31,962 nucleotides of DNA from Nanobdellota archaeon (GTDB lineage Archaea; Nanobdellota; Nanobdellia; Pacearchaeales; GW2011-AR1): NCBI GenBank assembly GCA_018821425.1, contig JAHJMH010000019.1, positions 1 to 31,962 on the forward strand, written 5' to 3'. This document shows positions 26,596-31,962 of this stretch, in pieces. The position numbers were made by a program, and so were the translations under genes. How positions within the stretch are numbered: the first letter of the stretch is position 1; each line of letters begins with the position of its first letter. The notes under the pieces are model-generated. The model did not search any database and had not been told where the DNA came from. It saw only the letters and a list, made by a program, of their open reading frames with translations.

Positions 26596-27072
26596 ATGAA
26601 AAAAATAAACTGGAAAGTTCTTATTGTTCTCCTTGTTGCGGTTTACGCTATCGCGTTTCTCGGGAGCGTTTTCACGTCGGGAAGTGTGAATTCTGATTGG
26701 TATCAAACAACCAAAACGAGCATTACGCCGCCGAGTTTTGTCTTTCCAATCGTATGGAACATTTTGTTTTTTCTTATTGCGTTGTCAATTTATTTTGCAT
26801 GGACTTCTCCTAAGGCAAAAAATTTAAGCACCCGAAAAAGCATAGCAATTCTTTTTGGAGTAAATTTATTTTTTAATGTTTTGTGGAGTTTGATATTTTT
26901 TGGATTGCGAAATGCTCAAGGCGCGTTCTTTGAATTAATTGCTCTTTGGTTTTCAATAGTGGCTTTGCTGATTTTAACATATGGGGTAAATAAAAAATCG
27001 TTTTATCTTTTGATTCCTTATTTTATTTGGGTTACGTTTGCAGGAGTTTTGAACTGGATGATTGCTTTCTAA
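26596..27072 (+). CDS. tspO: TspO/MBR family membrane protein
   Basis: WY....K...TPP..VFPIVW.ILF, N.LWS.IFFG, L.IPY..WV.FA..LN. Confidence 0.92.
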   Translation: MKKINWKVLIVLLVAVYAIAFLGSVFTSGSVNSDWYQTTKTSITPPSFVFPIVWNILFFLIALSIYFAWTSPKAKNLSTRKSIAILFGVNLFFNVLWSLIFFGLRNAQGAFFELIALWFSIVALLILTYGVNKKSFYLLIPYFIWVTFAGVLNWMIAF

Positions 27073-27106
27073 AATTTTAAAAACGCAATTCTTATAGGAT
27101 ATTAAA

Positions 27107-27251
27107 GCGCTGTTGGTTTAGTGGTAGAATATCTCGTTGCCAAGGTAAGGAACCTAGGTTCCTTGACCGTCAACCTCCTAAGAATGCTCGTTCCGAGATT
27201 TTTGGGAACTGCAAGGACGAGGTGGCCCGAGTTCGATTCTCGGACAGCGCA
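27107..27251 (+). tRNA. tRNA-Gly(GCC) with a 74-nt intron at 37/38 (27143-27216)
   Basis: GCGCTGT/ACAGCGC acceptor, TTCGATT T-loop, BHB central helix TTGC/GCAA. Confidence 0.92.
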
Positions 27252-27440
27252 TATCTTTTTTTGCCTCGCTGTGCTCGGGAAAACGGGAATTATGTTAATG
27301 GGTAAAATCGCGTTAAGTCCAACTAACTTTTAAAATAATCATCGTCGGTTTTGTTAACAATATTTCTGAGAAATCTCCCCCTATTTTGTCAAAGGTTTTG
27401 AATTCAAAACCTTTATAAGTTAAAAAATGGTAAAATCATT

Positions 27441-29258
27441 ATGGATGTAAATTCTCCGGAGAAAAGTATTCCCGGCATGGATTTAAACAATAATTATTCT
27501 GCGAAAAAATTAATTATTCCTGAGAATTCAGAGAAAATTCAGAAGGAAATGGAGAAGACTAAAAAGGAACTTGAGAAAGTCAAGGTAACTCTTATTAAAA
27601 AACATCCTTGTATTCAAGCAATAGGGATTCTTCCGCCGCAATCAATAAAAGATTTTATTGAAGATGAAATGGGACCCGTTGCCGAAGCTGAGCTCGCGAA
27701 GATTCAGAAAAAAATTCATCTTTATATAATAATTCCCGAGGAGAAATTCAAGGAGATTCCAAAGATAAAAAAAGAAATTGTTGCGGAGCTTGACAAGGCA
27801 AAACAGAATGCCTGGGTTTATCTTAAAACGCCTGTTGATGTTTGGGAGACTGGACTTGACAGCAAGTTTGATCTTTTGAGTGCGGTTGGAATGTCGTTCC
27901 CGCTTTATGACAAGGGAGGACTTCTTTCAGCGTTGAGAGTTGCAGAAATTCACAAGAGTTTGGTTCTTCAGAAATTTGACAAATACGTTGTGAGTTATGT
28001 TATTGCGGGGAGCCTTGTTCGCGCCGAGGGTACGAAAGAATCCGATGTTGATTCCTTTGTGATAATTAATGATACTGATGTGAAGAGGATGCCGAGGCTT
28101 GAGCTCAAGGAAAGATTGAGGGGAATGATTCAGCAATACATTGGCGAGGCGACGGCACTTGCGGGCGTGAAGAAAAATGTTCTTAATGTTCAGATTTATC
28201 TTCTGACGGATTTCTGGGAATCTGTTAAAGATGCGCATCCGGTGATGTTTACCTTCATTCGTGATGGAGTTCCGCTTTACGATAAAGGAACTTTTCTCCC
28301 GTGGAAAGCTCTTTTGAAAATGGGGCGTTTGAAACCGAGTCCTGAAGCGATTGATATGTTTATGTCTATGGGGGATAAAACTGTTAAGAGAGCTAAGGCA
28401 ACTCTTCTTGATATTCTTGTTCATGATATTTATTGGGGAGTTTTGACACCGAGCCAAGCTTTGTTGATGCTTTACGGTTTGCCTCCGCCGACGCCAAAGC
28501 AAACCACGACTGAGATGAAAAAGATTTTTGTGGATAAGGAAAAAATGCTTGAGAAAAAGTATGTGAATATTCTTGATAATATCGTCGGGATTTACAAAGA
28601 TTATGAGCATGAAAAAATAAAAGAAATAAAGGGCGCGGAGCTTGACAAACTTCTTAGCGATATGGATGATTATTTGGGAAGATTGAAAGAATTAAGAAAA
28701 CAAATAGAAAAGCGAACGCAGGAAAAAACGTTAGAACAAATTTATACTGATATTTTTGGATTGCTTCAGGCCATCGTCGGTAAAAAACCGCAGGCGGTTC
28801 TTGTTTCAGAATTTGATAAACTTGTTAAGAAAGGAAGCTTTACGCAACAGCACGTGCGAATTCTTGAAGAGGTTATAAAGGCGTGCGCGGAATTTAAGAA
28901 AGGCAAAATGAAAGCGTATAAAGTCGATGAGACGAGAAAAAATGCGACGGTTCTTATTAATGATTTAATCGATTATTCTCAGAGGAGCGATTTCCTTTCG
29001 ATGGAAAAAGGGAGAATGCGGTTAAAGTACAAAAAGTCCGAGAAACCTGCCGTCGCGGAAGTACTTCATTGTTCTGGAGTTTCTTTCCTTTTCGTTGAAA
29101 AGGACGTGATGAAACTTACTAACAAGATTGAGAAATCAGACATGACCGAGGTTTCGAAGGTGATGGAAAATCAAAATCTTGGGAAACCGATTGAAATCCA
29201 TCCAAGAGTTTTCGATTTGATAAGGAAAGAGCTTGGTGAGTTCGAGATTGTTCTTTAG
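27441..29258 (+). CDS. Large nucleotidyltransferase-domain protein with HEPN-like helical domains
   Basis: IAGSLVRAEGTKESDVDSFVII pol-beta NTase motif in mid-protein; helical C-terminal half. Confidence 0.75.
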   Translation: MDVNSPEKSIPGMDLNNNYSAKKLIIPENSEKIQKEMEKTKKELEKVKVTLIKKHPCIQAIGILPPQSIKDFIEDEMGPVAEAELAKIQKKIHLYIIIPEEKFKEIPKIKKEIVAELDKAKQNAWVYLKTPVDVWETGLDSKFDLLSAVGMSFPLYDKGGLLSALRVAEIHKSLVLQKFDKYVVSYVIAGSLVRAEGTKESDVDSFVIINDTDVKRMPRLELKERLRGMIQQYIGEATALAGVKKNVLNVQIYLLTDFWESVKDAHPVMFTFIRDGVPLYDKGTFLPWKALLKMGRLKPSPEAIDMFMSMGDKTVKRAKATLLDILVHDIYWGVLTPSQALLMLYGLPPPTPKQTTTEMKKIFVDKEKMLEKKYVNILDNIVGIYKDYEHEKIKEIKGAELDKLLSDMDDYLGRLKELRKQIEKRTQEKTLEQIYTDIFGLLQAIVGKKPQAVLVSEFDKLVKKGSFTQQHVRILEEVIKACAEFKKGKMKAYKVDETRKNATVLINDLIDYSQRSDFLSMEKGRMRLKYKKSEKPAVAEVLHCSGVSFLFVEKDVMKLTNKIEKSDMTEVSKVMENQNLGKPIEIHPRVFDLIRKELGEFEIVL

Positions 29259-29359
29259 GGATTTTTTCCGGAGGACCGGGAGATAATTCGGTGGAGCAGG
29301 GGTATTTATAAAGTTAGGAATGAATTATAATTCAGGTGCTGGAGCACCAAGATAATAAA

Positions 29360-29731
29360 ATGCCATGGGAAACACTTCAAAAGAGTCATTCATCAGCCAC
29401 AGAGGGTAAGATAACTTTGCTGAAAAAGGGGAATTGTGTCTCGTTTAATCATATTTTTATAAGAGACAATGATCTCAGAAATTTTCCTTATGTAAAAGTT
29501 CATATTAATGATAGGCCAAAAACAATTATTTTGGGCTTTGAATTTGTGAAAGAAGGAGAAAATGGTTTCAAACTAAATAACAAACATCAAAATAATGGTC
29601 GAGTCATGTATTCTAACAAATTGTTCAAAAAGATAGGAATGGCCGACTCTGAATTCACCAATCTATTCACACCTAAAAAAGAAATTGTTGATGGAAAAGA
29701 ATTATTCATCCTAGAATTATCAAAAAAATGA
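29360..29731 (+). CDS. Hypothetical protein (123 aa)
   Basis: Open frame, aaaATG at 29360, overlaps the hicA start by 4 bp. Confidence 0.65.
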   Translation: MPWETLQKSHSSATEGKITLLKKGNCVSFNHIFIRDNDLRNFPYVKVHINDRPKTIILGFEFVKEGENGFKLNNKHQNNGRVMYSNKLFKKIGMADSEFTNLFTPKKEIVDGKELFILELSKK

Positions 29732-29931
29732 AAACCCCAAAAATTGTAAAAGGTGATAAGATCATAAAAATTTTAGTTAAGAAAGGATACAATGTGAAAA
29801 GTAGGAAAGGGAGCCATGTGACTTTGTCTAACGGTGAAATTCGCATCACACTTGTTTTACCTCTGACAACAATCGGAATATTCAAAAAAATATGTAAGCT
29901 AACTGGAATTTCTCAAGAGGAATTTTTATAA
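29728..29931 (+). CDS. hicA: HicA-family toxin
   Basis: IKIL.KKGY.V.SRKGSHVTL...GI..KI.K..GIS.EEF. Confidence 0.85.
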   Translation: MKTPKIVKGDKIIKILVKKGYNVKSRKGSHVTLSNGEIRITLVLPLTTIGIFKKICKLTGISQEEFL

Positions 29932-30171
29932 AAATATTTTTGAAATCATGGGCATTTCATATCTTTCTTCTTCTTGAATAATTAAACAAGATTTCTCTTC
30001 AGGAAATTCTTCCAAATGGGTTTTTAGTCCATCTAGAAATTTCTTTTTGGCTTCTTCTATGGAAATTCCTTCGGCAAAAACGTTCACATTCGGGCTTGAA
30101 ACTATAAACATTTCCTTATTGTTAACTTTTTCTCTTTCAATTATGATATTAACTGCCATCTTCTTTTCCAT
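29926..30171 (-). CDS. hicB: HicB-family antitoxin
   Basis: IIIERE.....FIVSSPNVNVFAEG.SIEEA.K...D.L (HicB partial RNase H fold pattern). Confidence 0.8.
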   Translation of the reverse strand: MEKKMAVNIIIEREKVNNKEMFIVSSPNVNVFAEGISIEEAKKKFLDGLKTHLEEFPEEKSCLIIQEEERYEMPMISKIFL

Positions 30172-30247
30172 GTTACAACAAAGCGCAAAATAGTATTTAA
30201 TCCTTTTGGTTTCAGAAGATCTTGAGAGGATTTTCCAATTATTTTTG

Positions 30248-30305
30248 AATTAGCAATCTTTAAAAACCAGTTTCTCAATTAGCAATCTTTAAAAACCAGT
30301 TTCTC
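30248..30305 (+). repeat. 29-bp perfect tandem duplication in the rpl35ae promoter
   Basis: aattagcaatctttaaaaaccagtttctc x2 (30248-30276, 30277-30305), followed by aatta. Confidence 0.95.
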
Positions 30306-30319
30306 AATTAATTATTATA

Positions 30320-30580
30320 ATGACAACTGGAAAAGTTTTACAATTTAGGCGAGGTCGGAAGACGGTTCATGAAAGGCACTTTCTTATAGAAGTTCTTGGA
30401 GTTTCCAATCGTGAGGAAGCTGGGAAGCTTGCGGGGAAAGGCGTTGAATGGAAGTCGCCCGCGGGAAAAATAATTAAGGGAAAGATTGCCGCCGCGCATG
30501 GAAACAAGGGCGTTGTGCGCGCGATTTTTGAAAAAGGTCTTCCGGGACAAGCAGTCACGACGGAGGTTGAGATAAAATGA
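30320..30580 (+). CDS. rpl35ae: 50S ribosomal protein L35Ae
   Basis: FRRG...V.....LIEV...L.GK.V.WK...G.I...HGNKGVVRA.F..GLPGQA. Confidence 0.93.
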   Translation: MTTGKVLQFRRGRKTVHERHFLIEVLGVSNREEAGKLAGKGVEWKSPAGKIIKGKIAAAHGNKGVVRAIFEKGLPGQAVTTEVEIK

Positions 30581-30846
30581 CAAGAGAACAAACAATGTTA
30601 GGAAATTATAAAGAAAACTATTTTGAGAAGGAATTTCCTATTTTGGTAGATAGAATAATAGATGTTATGGCTAATTTTTTTCCAGAGACATGTGATGATT
30701 TAGGTTCTTGTACTTATGTTATAAAAAGAATGTTGGCGCAGAGTTTAGGTTCCGTGCAGGCAAGAGGATACGCAGAAGTTATCTGTAAAAAATATCCCTT
30801 AGCATGCGAACTAAACCGCGAAAGATTAGGAGAAGTAGAAATCTAA
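30577..30846 (+). CDS. Hypothetical protein (89 aa) between two ribosomal protein genes
   Basis: ATGA overlap with rpl35ae; ends 1 bp before rpl10e. Confidence 0.65.
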   Translation: MTREQTMLGNYKENYFEKEFPILVDRIIDVMANFFPETCDDLGSCTYVIKRMLAQSLGSVQARGYAEVICKKYPLACELNRERLGEVEI

Positions 30847-30847
30847 A

Positions 30848-31402
30848 ATGGCACTTAGGAAAGCATCAGCATACACAAAGAGAAAAGTTCTTCCTTTCAC
30901 GAGGGTAAGTAAGAAGAAAGGGAAGTCTTATATAAAAACGGTTCCGCCGCAGAAAATTGTTAAGTTTTGTATGGGGCTTCAATCTCTTTATATGTCTGGA
31001 AAACTTCCAGAAAAAATTATCGTTGTTGCCGACGAGAAAGCGCAGATACGACACAATGCGCTTGAGGCATGTAGACAGTACATAAACAAAGCGCTCGAAA
31101 CAGAATTACTGGGGCAGTATTTTTTCAAGGTTTGCGTTTTCCCACACCATATTCAGCGAGAGAATAAAATGCTTACAGGAGCGGGTTCTGACCGAATGCA
31201 GACAGGTATGCAACTTTCTTACGGGAAGCCGGTTGGGAAGGCAGCGATACTTAAAAAAGGAACTAAATTATTTCTTATCGCTGTGCCTGACGAAAAGGCC
31301 GTTCAATTCACTCGAGGGGTCCTAAAAAAAGTTAAGCCGAAAATTCCGTTGAGACTCAAAACCATTCATGAGCATTTGATGGAACTTCCAACTAATGTGT
31401 AG
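30848..31402 (+). CDS. rpl10e: 50S ribosomal protein L10e (uL16)
   Basis: QIRHNALEACR, FPHHIQRENKMLTGAGSDRMQTGM..SYGKPVG.AA. Confidence 0.96.
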   Translation: MALRKASAYTKRKVLPFTRVSKKKGKSYIKTVPPQKIVKFCMGLQSLYMSGKLPEKIIVVADEKAQIRHNALEACRQYINKALETELLGQYFFKVCVFPHHIQRENKMLTGAGSDRMQTGMQLSYGKPVGKAAILKKGTKLFLIAVPDEKAVQFTRGVLKKVKPKIPLRLKTIHEHLMELPTNV

Positions 31403-31460
31403 TTGTTACTTCTTCTAAAAGACAACAGATAGAAAGGTTTATAAATGTTAAATTTGTAGG

Positions 31461-31871
31461 ATGAATATAGAGAAAAATAAAATGGCAGAATACAATACAT
31501 GGAAAATAGACGGAAGGGACGGAAATAGCGAAGAGCTTCGTTCTCGAAATTATCATCGGGATGCAGTCGGTTACACAATCAGACAATTTAAATCAGAGAA
31601 CCCTAACCAATCTCTTGAAAGGAGTCTCTATCCGCAATACTGGGGAACTGGAAGAACGATAGGTAATTTTAGGGGAGATTCTGCATTCAGCGATTCTCAC
31701 AAATTTTTATCTCAATTAAATAAATTGGAAGGGATAAGATTATCAAAGCCCGAAAATCGCGAAGGAAATGTCACCAGTTTCAGTTTAGTTGGGGATGAAT
31801 CTCCTGCAAATCTTGCAGCACCAATAAGATTTTGCTATTTAGTTGAATCAATCTTCTCTGAAAGGAGATAA
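31461..31871 (+). CDS. Hypothetical protein (probable start at ATG 31482)
   Basis: Open frame of 136 aa; aaaATGGCA start context at 31482. Confidence 0.6.
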   Translation: MNIEKNKMAEYNTWKIDGRDGNSEELRSRNYHRDAVGYTIRQFKSENPNQSLERSLYPQYWGTGRTIGNFRGDSAFSDSHKFLSQLNKLEGIRLSKPENREGNVTSFSLVGDESPANLAAPIRFCYLVESIFSERR

Positions 31872-31879
31872 AAAATAAA

Positions 31880-31962
31880 ATGGCAGAAAAAAAACAACCA
31901 GATTATTCAAGCTTTGAAAGATACCAATTTGGAGCGTTAGCAGGGGTTCTTGCTGGCTCTGA
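31880..31962 (+). CDS. Start of a gene running off the window (MAEKKQPDYSSFERYQFGALAGVLAGS...)
   Basis: GGAG SD-like motif, aaaATG at 31880, open to the window end. Confidence 0.55.
   Translation, partial: MAEKKQPDYSSFERYQFGALAGVLAGS

Noticed and set aside
30207-30236. Possible remnant of the 605-aa gene 3' end beyond hicB
   Set aside because: Only patchy similarity in AT-rich sequence.
427-31586. Many antisense or overlapping ORFs in the track (e.g. 11120-11668, 12443-13048, 16610-17197, 27927-28610, 7546-7743)
   Set aside because: They are shadows of well-supported genes on the other strand or frame, with no independent motifs.
1-31962. Genome-wide stop-codon reassignment (suggested by the thyA TGA and the lipoprotein TAG)
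   Set aside because: Conserved genes end at their expected C-termini with TGA (ychF, kae1, rpl35ae) and TAG (pyrB, rpsJ).

Overview
This window looks like a chromosomal segment of an archaeon, most likely a DPANN lineage such as Pacearchaeota or Woesearchaeota. That assignment is inferred from eIF2-gamma, L7Ae/S28e/L24e/L35Ae/L10e, Kae1, BHB-intron tRNAs and a bacterial-type gyrase. Housekeeping genes (ychF, pyrB, kae1, ribosomal proteins, gyrB, gyrA with an HNH-type intein, eif2g, rpsJ, thyA, three intron-containing tRNAs) are interleaved with five toxin-antitoxin-type modules (VapBC/PIN, MNT-HEPN, RelBE, Fic, HicAB). The main unexplained pattern occurs three times: a TA pair sits directly behind a host gene and is followed by a second, frameshifted copy of that gene's 3' end. 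The three cases are an S74-domain gene at 1-1108, kae1 at 8091-9069 and eif2g at 17684-18692, consistent with TA cassettes that integrate at gene 3' ends. Other notable signals are REP-like palindromic repeats inserted in frame into kae1, a GyrA intein upstream of the known mycobacterial site, quinolone-resistance-type residues in GyrA and GyrB, an in-frame TGA in thyA, an ambiguous and possibly two-intron tRNA-Ser with a structured 5' element, and convergent hicA/hicB genes. All calls come from reading motifs by eye; no database searches were run.
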